A DNA stretch of 64,000 nt from Perkinsela sp. CCAP 1560/9 (lineage: Eukaryota > Protista > Euglenozoa: Kinetoplastea). Position 1 is the stretch's first letter, and the number at the start of each line of letters is the position of its first letter. The DNA is taken from NCBI GenBank assembly GCA_965644495.1, contig CBFFSA010000008.1:310001-374000 (forward strand), read 5' to 3'. A program made the translations under genes and the position numbers. Shown here one piece after another: positions 19,892-29,882 of this stretch. Below the pieces are notes generated by a model that was not told where the DNA came from, did no database searches, and saw only the letters and a list, made by a program, of their open reading frames with translations.

Positions 19892-21853
19892 TCACTCTTT
19901 GATACGTTTCCGTACTTTTTGACTAAGCCGTCGAATTTCTTTCTGAAATGAATTCCATTCACTCTGATGTAGAGGGGATGATGAAATGGAATTATATGAA
20001 ATCCCGTCAAATACATGTCGCGTTATCTCATAATCTTCACCATTGTACGTAACGCGCCGGGTCATAAAATCCCATGGTCGGTACAAGCCAGGAGGAGTAC
20101 TGAAATCTTCTCCGTGTTGGTTTCTTGAAGAATCGTTGGATTGAAGCATAAACTGAGAGAAGTTAGGTGCTCGACCGACATCGGCAATACAAAACAGAAC
20201 ATTACCATGCCACGAAGTTTGCCTACCGCTCAGTACGTGGAAGCCTCCTGCAGAGCCTCCCAAAATGATCATTGAAGTGGGAATATCCACAAACGTCCCG
20301 CAACAGACTTCTTCCTCTCCGATGCAGGTATGAAGTAGTATGTCACATGTACGCACTGGAGAAGAAAAGGTTGTCCCACGTTTTCTTAAATTTGTTGATT
20401 TATTAAGCCTGCTACCTGGACGAACAAGATATACGCCGTTGTGTGCTGTGCCAAACAGAATGCATTGCGGCGCGTGGTAAGAACATGGGAGAGAACGTAC
20501 CAACATGCATTGAGTTTCTCCAGGAATATCAAAAATACTGTGAAGGGTAAGATCATGACCGTTTATCAGATTACCAGAATAGTATTCCCAGAAAGAGATG
20601 AAAACTTTCGGGTTATAGACAGTTTCATCATTTACAGTTGCAATTGTTACCAAGAACCGTCGGTTACTTGTCCAAGTGTGCTCATAATGGAATATGTCAA
20701 AAGAGAAGTTTGAGCATCTGTCATCACTCGAGATCTGTTTAGAGTTCGTAGAATCTACGATCCTCTTTTTCCACTGTTGCGAACGTGATTCCAAAAAGAT
20801 AAGCTCGGTGTAGCTGTCCAATACCACGGGGTTTAGTGAAACTGATGTGACCAAAATTCCAACATATTCTAACGAGTTGGAGAAGGTTTGTAAACCATGA
20901 GAAAGAGTTTTGCAAATTGATCGGATAGGAAAGCGTCTGTCGTGCTTCTCCGGCATGGGATCTTCAGCCTGGAAACTAGTGAGTAGGCGTACTGATCCCA
21001 CACTCGGAGTACAGCTGAGAGCTAGTGACGCTAAAAACGTCACGGTGAGTGGACCTTGCGCAGTAAGCTTAATTTCGAAAAGACCTACGGCAGCGTCGTA
21101 GCCTATGGCTACGAGATGAGTGTCCAGAGTTCCCTCCACTGAAAATACATTTCTTTTCTGTGCTTGCACCTTTTTTAACAAACATATTGTATGAGTGGTG
21201 CCTTTGAAGATGTTTGTCAACGATGGAGTAAAAAGAACTTCACAGTGCCTCATGGCTTCTGGCGTGTTGATATTCCTCCGTAAAATAATACTGGAAACGC
21301 CATTGTATGGATGACAGCTAATGAGTGTATTGGCACTAAGCCACCGGACGTATGCGTCACCCATCCAGTCGTAGGATGCATAAGATTTGTTTGCTTGTAA
21401 TCGATTCCTGTGAGCGACGTCGTGAGATGGATGTAACTCCCATCTATATACGAATTCCATTGTTTCAATGTTCACTACCCACCCATGATGAAAGGTGATG
21501 ATGCAAAGATATTTGCTTGACGAACCAATTAGTATTTCATATATTGATTCTCCAAGATTAAGAAAACAAGCATTGCGCCAGCTGTCAAAATTCTGAACGC
21601 GAAATACCTTAATGATACCGGCATCATCTCCAGTTACGATAACCGCACCTCCTGGTGGATCGATAAAAGAATCGCAACATGTGATTTCGCTATTGTGTAA
21701 AGCGCATGACGATGTTCCAGCAAAGTCTAATGTCGAAGCACACCATTTTCCGTAAGACTCACATTCGGTCGTGGGAAGCGAGCTAGTAGAGTTCGGCTGA
21801 AGAAAAGGCAGTCTCCCGTGCAGCGATACGTGATCCAGAAATGAGGTTATCAT
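19892..21853 (-). CDS. Beta-propeller (WD40-like) protein
   Basis: HNSEITCC..IVTGDDAGIIKVF and ILGGSAGGFHVL blades; ~650 aa. Confidence 0.6.
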   Translation of the reverse strand: MITSFLDHVSLHGRLPFLQPNSTSSLPTTECESYGKWCASTLDFAGTSSCALHNSEITCCDSFIDPPGGAVIVTGDDAGIIKVFRVQNFDSWRNACFLNLGESIYEILIGSSSKYLCIITFHHGWVVNIETMEFVYRWELHPSHDVAHRNRLQANKSYASYDWMGDAYVRWLSANTLISCHPYNGVSSIILRRNINTPEAMRHCEVLFTPSLTNIFKGTTHTICLLKKVQAQKRNVFSVEGTLDTHLVAIGYDAAVGLFEIKLTAQGPLTVTFLASLALSCTPSVGSVRLLTSFQAEDPMPEKHDRRFPIRSICKTLSHGLQTFSNSLEYVGILVTSVSLNPVVLDSYTELIFLESRSQQWKKRIVDSTNSKQISSDDRCSNFSFDIFHYEHTWTSNRRFLVTIATVNDETVYNPKVFISFWEYYSGNLINGHDLTLHSIFDIPGETQCMLVRSLPCSYHAPQCILFGTAHNGVYLVRPGSRLNKSTNLRKRGTTFSSPVRTCDILLHTCIGEEEVCCGTFVDIPTSMIILGGSAGGFHVLSGRQTSWHGNVLFCIADVGRAPNFSQFMLQSNDSSRNQHGEDFSTPPGLYRPWDFMTRRVTYNGEDYEITRHVFDGISYNSISSSPLHQSEWNSFQKEIRRLSQKVRKRIKE

Positions 21854-22070
21854 GTGACATAAACACAAACCATGAACCCCACATAAGTGATGTACTACTA
21901 AAAAACTTTACCAGAACTACTAAAAATGTATCGATAATGAAACAGTGCTACAATATCTTGATTTTAGAATAAAAAGCGGTACGTGAATGAAGTTTCCCAG
22001 CAACGAACGTTTCGATTCGTCAAAAGAACAGAAACGGATGAAAGATTGAACGTCCCTACGGGAAGACACC

Positions 22071-22802
22071 TCAGAAGGGGTGTACAGAGGTCGGTAAACA
22101 TGCAAAAACCTCATTCGCTATCGCATCTACCGAAGCCATGGCGCCGACTCCGAAATCTCCACATGCTAAAACTTTGGTCACCGGGGGAACTACAACAATC
22201 CCAAGCTCTTGCGTCAAAATGTTAAGATGCTTTGTTGTGAGAGGATGACAGTACATTGCTGTGTTCATGGCGGGTGCCACGATAAATGCCTTCTGGCGAA
22301 TTGGCCATGAACGAGCAATGCAGGTTAGCAAATTGTCGGCCATGCCGTTTGCTATTTTAGACATTGTATTGGCGCTTAGGGGGGCAATAACAAATAAATC
22401 GGCCCAATTTCGCAAAGTGATGTGCAAAACGGAATCGCCAACGCGTTTCCATTCTTCTGTTTCACTCGAATCGTCATACACCCCCTCAACACTGAAAGCA
22501 GGTCTATTCGGCAGATGTTGCATGTTATAACAACCAAACTCACGGATGTCATCGGTCGTGGAATTTGTGCGGCGGATTTCCATTATCACGCGGTCACACT
22601 GTTCTTTTGAAACGAAATCATAAGCATGAGAAGTGAAGACAATACGCACGCTTAGTGAGACGAGTTCAGACCTCAGTGAACTTTCGTTTTGTTTGTAGAA
22701 CCTTTCACGTATTGACGTAAGAAAGTTCTGTAGTTTAATAGCCGCAACGCTTCCAGTGATTCCCACAAGAAGATGTTGTGTCTTGTCAGGATAACTTTCC
22801 AT
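22071..22802 (-). CDS. PPCDC: Phosphopantothenoylcysteine decarboxylase (HAL3/CoaC flavoprotein)
   Basis: GITGSVAA, VLHITLRNWAD, APLSANTMSKIANG, PAMNTAM, LACGDFGVGAM. Confidence 0.95.
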   Translation of the reverse strand: MESYPDKTQHLLVGITGSVAAIKLQNFLTSIRERFYKQNESSLRSELVSLSVRIVFTSHAYDFVSKEQCDRVIMEIRRTNSTTDDIREFGCYNMQHLPNRPAFSVEGVYDDSSETEEWKRVGDSVLHITLRNWADLFVIAPLSANTMSKIANGMADNLLTCIARSWPIRQKAFIVAPAMNTAMYCHPLTTKHLNILTQELGIVVVPPVTKVLACGDFGVGAMASVDAIANEVFACLPTSVHPF

Positions 22803-23150
22803 TACATTAAACCTCCACGTTTTATGAATTTCATATTCTCATAATAATGATTTTCGTTAGTTCTAGACGCTTTTTACATGGGTGATAAGGTAATAATACT
22901 ACGGACTTCGATTGGTATTTAGCCGATTAGTTGAACATTTTGTAGATACAATTTGATTCTTCTTCTTCCACCTCGAATGTGCAAGTTTCATTTCACTTTA
23001 GAAGTACAAATACACAAATTTCTTTTGTGCTGTTGCACATGGTCCTTAAAATCTCCGTCGATTGGGAAACTGCTCTGGTTTAAAGCTACTTTAAAGAACT
23101 ACGACGATGTTTCAGCAGCCGGATGTATATTTACATGTAGGCGCTTTAGT

Positions 23151-24155
23151 TCAAATAGCTTCCAGAAGAAGTACTCCTAGAGAGGAGAAAATGCCAATAC
23201 CGTAAGACCCTGTGAGCATCAATATAACAGTGCCTGCGCACATTGAAAAATAGAGTTCCATGAGGCGTAAAAATCTTTCTGGAAAGATCCAGATGATACC
23301 CAGGATAAAGGCGAATTTGGAGATAAATGGACACAACAGAGGTAGGACGTGGCATGGAGGCAACCTTTTTTGTATCACGTTCTCTGAGAGACTTGAATTA
23401 CCTAATGTATTCTTCTGACGCACTGTTTTAGGAAGGACATCAAGTGACTCTCTCAGTTGTTTAGATTCTCCACTTTTCGTTGTTGAAAGATCTCCACCGC
23501 TCTCGAGTCGATACGAGGGAGGAGGGGTTACAGACATAAACTGAACCGGAGGACTTTCCCATTTGAGGCGTTGGTTTGATGAGAGTGGAGTCGGAGGAAT
23601 GCTACGACTTTTAATATCATACGATACAAAAAGCTTGATTTTAACACAGCTCATCAGCCAAATGAATTCCATTAGATTGCGATATAGAAAAACTGTCGTG
23701 AGTGGCCACAAGTTTGTAATTTGGGTATTTATAACCGCACACACATCCGTTTTACGTATAACATCCGTAGTGCATAGCCAGATGGACAGTGCATCACACA
23801 CTGGAGAAAGTGCATATTCACTCGGTATGATAGTTTCCCTGAGAGATATAGCCACTACGAAGAATATTCCCACCAATAGAAACAAATAAAGCCTCGCCCC
23901 ACAATTCGTCATTGCGACATAGGAACTCGAAATGATTTCATTCGCGCGCCAAACGAAGTTCTGCCGGTTGTAAATTATATGCGCCCAGGCCTGGGGACGC
24001 AACAACAGTACATCCAGAAGCACGATCGGGGTATCATACTCAATATAGGGATCGCAAGTATGAAAGCATGAAGGGCAGGAGCTGAGTCTTATAAAGGCCT
24101 CGTCGTCGTCTTGAAGACGTTCAACTACGCTGTTGCATTCGATGCAAATTGGCAT
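23151..24155 (-). CDS. ARV1: ARV1 family lipid-homeostasis membrane protein
   Basis: CIEC...CPSC..CDPYIEYD..LLDVLLLRPQAWAH plus TM segments. Confidence 0.9.
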   Translation of the reverse strand: MPICIECNSVVERLQDDDEAFIRLSSCPSCFHTCDPYIEYDTPIVLLDVLLLRPQAWAHIIYNRQNFVWRANEIISSSYVAMTNCGARLYLFLLVGIFFVVAISLRETIIPSEYALSPVCDALSIWLCTTDVIRKTDVCAVINTQITNLWPLTTVFLYRNLMEFIWLMSCVKIKLFVSYDIKSRSIPPTPLSSNQRLKWESPPVQFMSVTPPPSYRLESGGDLSTTKSGESKQLRESLDVLPKTVRQKNTLGNSSLSENVIQKRLPPCHVLPLLCPFISKFAFILGIIWIFPERFLRLMELYFSMCAGTVILMLTGSYGIGIFSSLGVLLLEAI

Positions 24156-24359
24156 CCGACATGACTTAATAATAAGTTTATTGGAAATAGGCGATACAAA
24201 CAAATGTAGAAAGTGCAATGCGGCACTACAAAACGAACCGTGTTGCAATCAATACCCATTCGTAAAGCCTACTCGCTCTATTAAAACATTTTGTTTAGTA
24301 GCACTTCAGTATAAAGTTCGAAAAACTATAATAGAAAAAAAGAAATGTATCCTGGTTAC

Positions 24360-25679
24360 CTAGATCTTTCCTACTTTGGACCCTACAAACAGATATCCAC
24401 TGTGAGGATTAGACTGTACTGTTGGATGCGTTCGTGACGGAAGTATTTGATATTCCCGCACATTGCATTCCATAACATGGCATTGCACAGGAACTCCATC
24501 GCATCCATGTGATGCGGTGCGGGTTCTCATTTCTGTCCTTGCATTTTCACGAAAAACAATGGAATCCCAACATCGCCGGACGTGAAAAAATAACTTTTCA
24601 AGATTTGTTATACTCGGAGAAAAAATACAAAAACATCCCCCCAATGCCAAATACGGAAAGAAAGCATCGAATAGATCAATATGATCCCACTTGGAGGCAA
24701 TGACTAAACATGTGGGCAAGCCTTGAGAATAATCATTTTCGTCTACGTCACTTTGCAAGCACAAATTAGACATGGCCTTGTCTGTAGCTTGACCAGGTTC
24801 ACCGAGCAAAGACCACATGGTATTATTTTCACTATTGACGTGTCGAATGCAATGATTTCCTTGAAAGGCAAAAGCAGATACTACTTTCCATACGTTTTTT
24901 CCGGAAGTTAAACCCAAAGCTTTTGCCACAAAGGTTTTAGGAGTTGACTCTCTCGAAAGAATCTGATACATTTTTGCTTCTCCAGACTTGTTTGACTGTA
25001 GGCGATGCAAGATGGCTGCTGGAAGGATGCCTTGACTTTCGTCATATATGAGAACGCGTGAATCGAACATGACATGAGCATGATCAAGAATCCGTTGGAC
25101 CGTATCAGTACTAAGGTAAATGGGAGACTTCCTTTGGGCGTATTCTGTGCAAAAATCAGCAAGACACGGCCTTCGTATTTGATAGATCTGGCTCCAGCGC
25201 TCTGCTTTTTTCTGCACGTACTTCATTTGAGCCATTTTTGTTTTAGAGGAAAAAGTTGAACTATTCTGAACAAGCTCGTCTACCATGGATACCACACCTT
25301 CATCCGTGGCTTTTCTTTTCGTAATGATTTTGTTGTCCAACTTTTGCGCTGTTGATGTATCGATCAAGTTCCTGTTGTCGGCAGTCTCATTTATTATTTC
25401 ACCCTGCGTGTTTGGATTAGACGTGTCGTCCCAGATATCTTCAGATTTTGGCTTTTCGGCTTTTTTAAATATTTTGTTATTCATACTATATTCAACGAAG
25501 CTATTGTAAGGTAAACCGACTAGCTCAGTTGCTTTCACTTTACCTACGTGACGTAATTTAAGCTGACCATACTCAGTCACGTGAACAACAGCATTCGATG
25601 AACTACCATGAAAATATACGTAGTCGCCATGCTGAACCTGGTAATCGGTAGGTACGGTACGAGGCTCTGTCGTCTGCAT
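24360..25679 (-). CDS. TRM6: tRNA m1A58 methyltransferase non-catalytic subunit
   Basis: DNRNLID..AQKL, NSSTFSSKT..AQMKY, REYQILPSRTHP (Gcd10p family). Confidence 0.9.
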   Translation of the reverse strand: MQTTEPRTVPTDYQVQHGDYVYFHGSSSNAVVHVTEYGQLKLRHVGKVKATELVGLPYNSFVEYSMNNKIFKKAEKPKSEDIWDDTSNPNTQGEIINETADNRNLIDTSTAQKLDNKIITKRKATDEGVVSMVDELVQNSSTFSSKTKMAQMKYVQKKAERWSQIYQIRRPCLADFCTEYAQRKSPIYLSTDTVQRILDHAHVMFDSRVLIYDESQGILPAAILHRLQSNKSGEAKMYQILSRESTPKTFVAKALGLTSGKNVWKVVSAFAFQGNHCIRHVNSENNTMWSLLGEPGQATDKAMSNLCLQSDVDENDYSQGLPTCLVIASKWDHIDLFDAFFPYLALGGCFCIFSPSITNLEKLFFHVRRCWDSIVFRENARTEMRTRTASHGCDGVPVQCHVMECNVREYQILPSRTHPTVQSNPHSGYLFVGSKVGKI

Positions 25680-26015
25680 TTGATACAGTAAATGACAGTG
25701 TATGTAGAAAACTTATTTCATAGCACTTCTGTCTCTACGATTAATACTGTGATTAGTAAAGTTTAATGACTGTATCAGTCCATTACACACGCAACAAGTA
25801 TCTATTTTATGTAGTTGTCTTGTAGTTTGCTGTCTACGTGAGTGATTTTTACGTACCTGTATGCACATGAACTTATTACACGTGTATGCACATACAGTTC
25901 AAGAAATAAAGTTTGCTTAACAGTTTTTTATATGCGCATCCACGGGCTTGTGGTATACATTGTACAACTTGAAAATAACTTATATAACTCGAAAATTTTA
26001 AGGAGACAATTGGGA

Positions 26016-26453
26016 TCAGCGCATTTTAATAATGGGTGCGCGGTAGTCTTCTATATAGTCATCCGAGAGTTCGGCTCTTTGGTTAACCAGTGATCTACAA
26101 TTTTCTGCATTATACTGCGTTTTCCAATATGCACCATAGGAAAGATACATGACGTATGACAATGCGAATAAATACAACCAGTTGAAGATGCGAATGTCAA
26201 TATTCCCTGTCGAAGAACGAAATTGCATATAGTGAGGAAGTACATGCTTCAGGTAAGCTCTGTCTTCTTCTGGAAACTGATCAAAGCTAACTCGACCTTT
26301 GTTTCGAGTAGCCTGTTTCACAATTTTCCTTAGATAACCGTATTGGCGCTGTGTACGTCTTAAATTGCGGAAATATGTAAGAAACAGATAAAGTGAATCA
26401 ATCAATGTTTCATTGATCCGCCGTATGATCACAGATCGGAGAGCCTTTGACAT
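26016..26453 (-). CDS. Hypothetical single-TM protein
   Basis: ORF on the cluster strand with one TM (FNWLYLFALSYVMYLSY). Confidence 0.65.
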   Translation of the reverse strand: MSKALRSVIIRRINETLIDSLYLFLTYFRNLRRTQRQYGYLRKIVKQATRNKGRVSFDQFPEEDRAYLKHVLPHYMQFRSSTGNIDIRIFNWLYLFALSYVMYLSYGAYWKTQYNAENCRSLVNQRAELSDDYIEDYRAPIIKMR

Positions 26454-26772
26454 TATGATAAGCACCCTAAAAAACAAACAATCTTCTTTTATGTAAAGCT
26501 CCGCAGTGCGTCAGCACTGCTACATTTCGCTGCAATCCGCTAACATTTCTATGAAGTGCAATTATGTACTAGTAAACAAAAAAAATTGTTGTTGAACTAT
26601 AATGATATGCCAACTGGAAAATATTATAAGACATGATTCATAATTATGGCGTACCGATATAAAACAAAAAAATGTAAAATATCTCAGTAAACCACGTTTG
26701 CCGTGCTTTCAACCAGTAGCACCGATTCGGTTATGTAGTAGCGAAAAGCTGAGAACGAAGCCTACCCCTGGT

Positions 26773-28110
26773 TTACTCCTGGTCACCTCGCCGTCCCTCG
26801 GCAACGGGACTACTGTCTTCACCATCTTGCGTGACATGGGTGCATGTGGTATCAGGGCTTATTGCCTCGTTGCCCGGCGCCGAATCTACATTCTTTGATG
26901 CCTCTTCAGAGGCATCCGAGCCCTCCGTACCCGCCTCCCCTGCCATGCTCTCCTGTGGAACTTCTGTGGGTGGAGGTACCGCCTCAGTTGGGGTAGCAGG
27001 AAGAGAAGGGGGAGGTGGGGGAGGAGGCGGTGGAGGGGGAGGAGGCGGTGGAGGTGCTCCAAATAAATGTGTCTTCTGCCCCCAGGAAGCGATACCCTTT
27101 CCTCCACGACTAATGTCAATGGTGCCCATCCCTTTGGCTCGAAACCCCAGGCGGGGAGCATTGGCTGTTTTCAAAAACTTGAGCACTAGCACACAAGCAC
27201 GCATGGAGACCCCCAGCTTGTCGAGCTCGGACCACTGGATAGGGACGGGGTTTAACCCGGCCTGCGCGATGGCCTCCACAGATTTATCGTAGCCCCGCTG
27301 TACTAGGACGTCAAATTTTGTCTCGGTGGTGTAAAAAGATAAAAAATGACACCCAGGGTCCAAATAGACAATTTGTAAGTCATCATGAGGGCGTGCCCGC
27401 TTGTACTGGTCCACGGCAAAAAGACCGTGTTCATCCTTCCAGGCAAGAATCACATTTTCTCCGGCGAACCCAAAGTAGTCGCCCAACGCCGGAGCGTCAC
27501 TCTCTTGCTCAATAGTCACCACCTCAAAACTGTTAGTGTCACGCAGGGAGAACAAATTCTTAATTGTCTGCTGCGCCAGCATGTTCGTTCGACTCCCATG
27601 GGCGAGTGCTATGCCACTGGGAAGCATCACAAAGTCACCCGAGGCGCAACGACAGCTTTCCACGTCCTGCATGTAGGTTGTTGTAGAGGTGTTCGCCCCG
27701 CTGGCGCGAATATACCGCAGGGTCTCCTGAAATTCCGGAATGCGATGTTCCAGCCCCAAGGTGGGCATAGAAACAAACGAGGCTCCGATGGACACCATGC
27801 TGTCCGCGGTACGAATGGCGTCAATGTGCGGAAGCTCTGCCATGACGTGTAGTTCATCCACAAGGGTACTGCTGGATAAAATACGATAAAACCCACGAAA
27901 CTGGCTCATGAGCATGTCACGATTCACTACAATGCCGTTTGGACCCGTGGTCGGGACGGTGTGATACGCGGGGGGTCGTACGTAGGCATGGACGACAGTT
28001 CTCTTCGGGCTGCTGAACAGAACTCCCCTGCTCGGTAGGGAAGCCAGATTTCTAGGATGTACAGAGAGAGATCGCAGAAACGACACGCTTCGGAACGCAG
28101 TAAAGGGCAT
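26773..28110 (-). CDS. RESC5: RNA editing substrate-binding complex subunit RESC5 (MRB11870/GRBC5), DDAH-like fold
   Basis: GPNGIVVNRDML, SGDFVMLPSGIALAHGSRTN, LGDYFGFAG, WKDEHGL, QWSELDKLG; mitochondrial presequence; poly-Pro/acidic tail. Confidence 0.85.
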   Translation of the reverse strand: MPFTAFRSVSFLRSLSVHPRNLASLPSRGVLFSSPKRTVVHAYVRPPAYHTVPTTGPNGIVVNRDMLMSQFRGFYRILSSSTLVDELHVMAELPHIDAIRTADSMVSIGASFVSMPTLGLEHRIPEFQETLRYIRASGANTSTTTYMQDVESCRCASGDFVMLPSGIALAHGSRTNMLAQQTIKNLFSLRDTNSFEVVTIEQESDAPALGDYFGFAGENVILAWKDEHGLFAVDQYKRARPHDDLQIVYLDPGCHFLSFYTTETKFDVLVQRGYDKSVEAIAQAGLNPVPIQWSELDKLGVSMRACVLVLKFLKTANAPRLGFRAKGMGTIDISRGGKGIASWGQKTHLFGAPPPPPPPPPPPPPPPPSLPATPTEAVPPPTEVPQESMAGEAGTEGSDASEEASKNVDSAPGNEAISPDTTCTHVTQDGEDSSPVAEGRRGDQE

Positions 28111-28434
28111 ATTCTGTTTCTATACAGTTAAACTCTCTTCTAATTTACAATGAATAAGCTATTTCGCAGGTAACTCAGGCTGAAATAAGTTACTTCTACT
28201 GAAGCATGTTCGTTTTCTACTATATTTGTACATAACAAACATTCAATAGGGCACATGACGCTTGAGCTTCCCCCCTACTGTAGTGTACATGCCCACGTGT
28301 CTAAAAATTCCCTTCTCACATACCGTTATGGACATTTTCTTAAGTTAAAAACGGATTCTTACCAAGACAAATAGGTTCTTACCCTCATTTTTTGGGTTCC
28401 ACACCCCGTAGGACAATCAGCAAGCTTGCAATTA

Positions 28435-29490
28435 CTAAGTCCGTGCGTCATTCCTTGCCGTGTCGGTGGAAGTTCTTTCTTCATGGGACAGTGATACAAT
28501 CGTTTCCTGGTGATGCGATGAATTCGCTTCATCTAGTTTCGAATTATAAGCTTGTATTTTGTTCAATAGAATCTTTTTAGCTTGTTCCCAGACGTCACGC
28601 TGGTATTTTCGGTGGTCCAACGCAAGTTCGTCTTGCAGCGGCTCATAAAATTCGTATGCTTTCTTCAACTCCGTAACAAAATGAGATTCCAAAGCGGCCA
28701 ATTTCTTCTGGACTAATTCATCTAACTCACTCTCATCGTATGTATCCTCCACCGCAGTGAGTACAGGAGTATCCAATACGGGATCACCTTCAGGGAGGTG
28801 TCTCAACTTTTTCGCTGGTATAGGCAGAATCCAACCACTATCCGTAGATACCCGAGCTTCTACCAAGCTTCCATCCTCTTGCTTTATTTTAATCAGACGG
28901 AGTGAACACAACGAGTTGGTTTTTTCATCTACGTGCTTCACACAAGTAACGTCGATCGGCCATGGATTGTGTAAAATCTGCTTGGGCCGATCCTCCTGCG
29001 CGGGTATTTCTTCCTCCTGTACGTTCACTCCCTCCACAATAATTTGATTTTTGTACGCTAGAACGTTTCGTATGCGACCCCGCTGGCCACGGTGAATGCC
29101 GGTGACTACTTCAACCAAATCTCCAGGATACCACACCCACGGTGATATCTGGTATCCGGGTGTCATCCACACGTAATTTTTCTTTAGTTCACTGAGCTGT
29201 CTTTTGTTCAGGTCTCGCTTCTCCCATTGGGAATGATACGTGTGATCTTGATAAAAATCCAGTTCTGAGGGATGTCGCATGTCTTCCGCTTCTTGAATGT
29301 TTTCTCGATCGGTAAGATCATGTCTGCTGTCGCAATAGTGGCCACGAAATTTGTTGGATAATTTAATATTTCTTAAGCGATTGGGTCCAAGATTGTATCG
29401 CTTTCCTTTCGGGACTTTGGGATAGTACCATGGGTTTCGAAATTTGTATCGCGCAACCTGCACTCTATGCGTTAAGGTACACTTCAGCAT
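28435..29490 (-). CDS. MRPL24: Mitochondrial ribosomal protein uL24m
   Basis: KOW motif PGDLVEVVTGIHRGQRG..KNQIIVEGVN; kinetoplastid-style extensions. Confidence 0.88.
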   Translation of the reverse strand: MLKCTLTHRVQVARYKFRNPWYYPKVPKGKRYNLGPNRLRNIKLSNKFRGHYCDSRHDLTDRENIQEAEDMRHPSELDFYQDHTYHSQWEKRDLNKRQLSELKKNYVWMTPGYQISPWVWYPGDLVEVVTGIHRGQRGRIRNVLAYKNQIIVEGVNVQEEEIPAQEDRPKQILHNPWPIDVTCVKHVDEKTNSLCSLRLIKIKQEDGSLVEARVSTDSGWILPIPAKKLRHLPEGDPVLDTPVLTAVEDTYDESELDELVQKKLAALESHFVTELKKAYEFYEPLQDELALDHRKYQRDVWEQAKKILLNKIQAYNSKLDEANSSHHQETIVSLSHEERTSTDTARNDART

Positions 29491-29882
29491 ATTGAGGAAA
29501 AAAAAGCAAAGCTGTATCTAAGATGTAGTAAGTGCTGTTGGATTCACTATCCAAAAGGAGTGACTAATCGAGTAGCTACTGAGATAAACTAGTACATATA
29601 AAAACAAAATACGACAATATTGCCAAGTACCACAAAGTGCATTTCCAGAGCTTAGGAGGATCGAAGCATTGATCTAACAGTAAGTGATCAAGCGAAGGTC
29701 TATTCGGCAGTAACCAAGGTGATTCTTATTCTTCTGGAATAGAATCATCTAATACAATCTCATTCTGTTATTCGATATTTTATATAGTCCATTTCGTCAG
29801 TCCCGATTATGACATTACGACTTCGTCTATTCCTACCCATTTCTACCAAACAACACCCAATCAAATTGGGTAACATACCAAA

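Noticed and set aside
27000-27060. G-rich tract as another skew island
   Set aside because: Explained by poly-proline codons of RESC5
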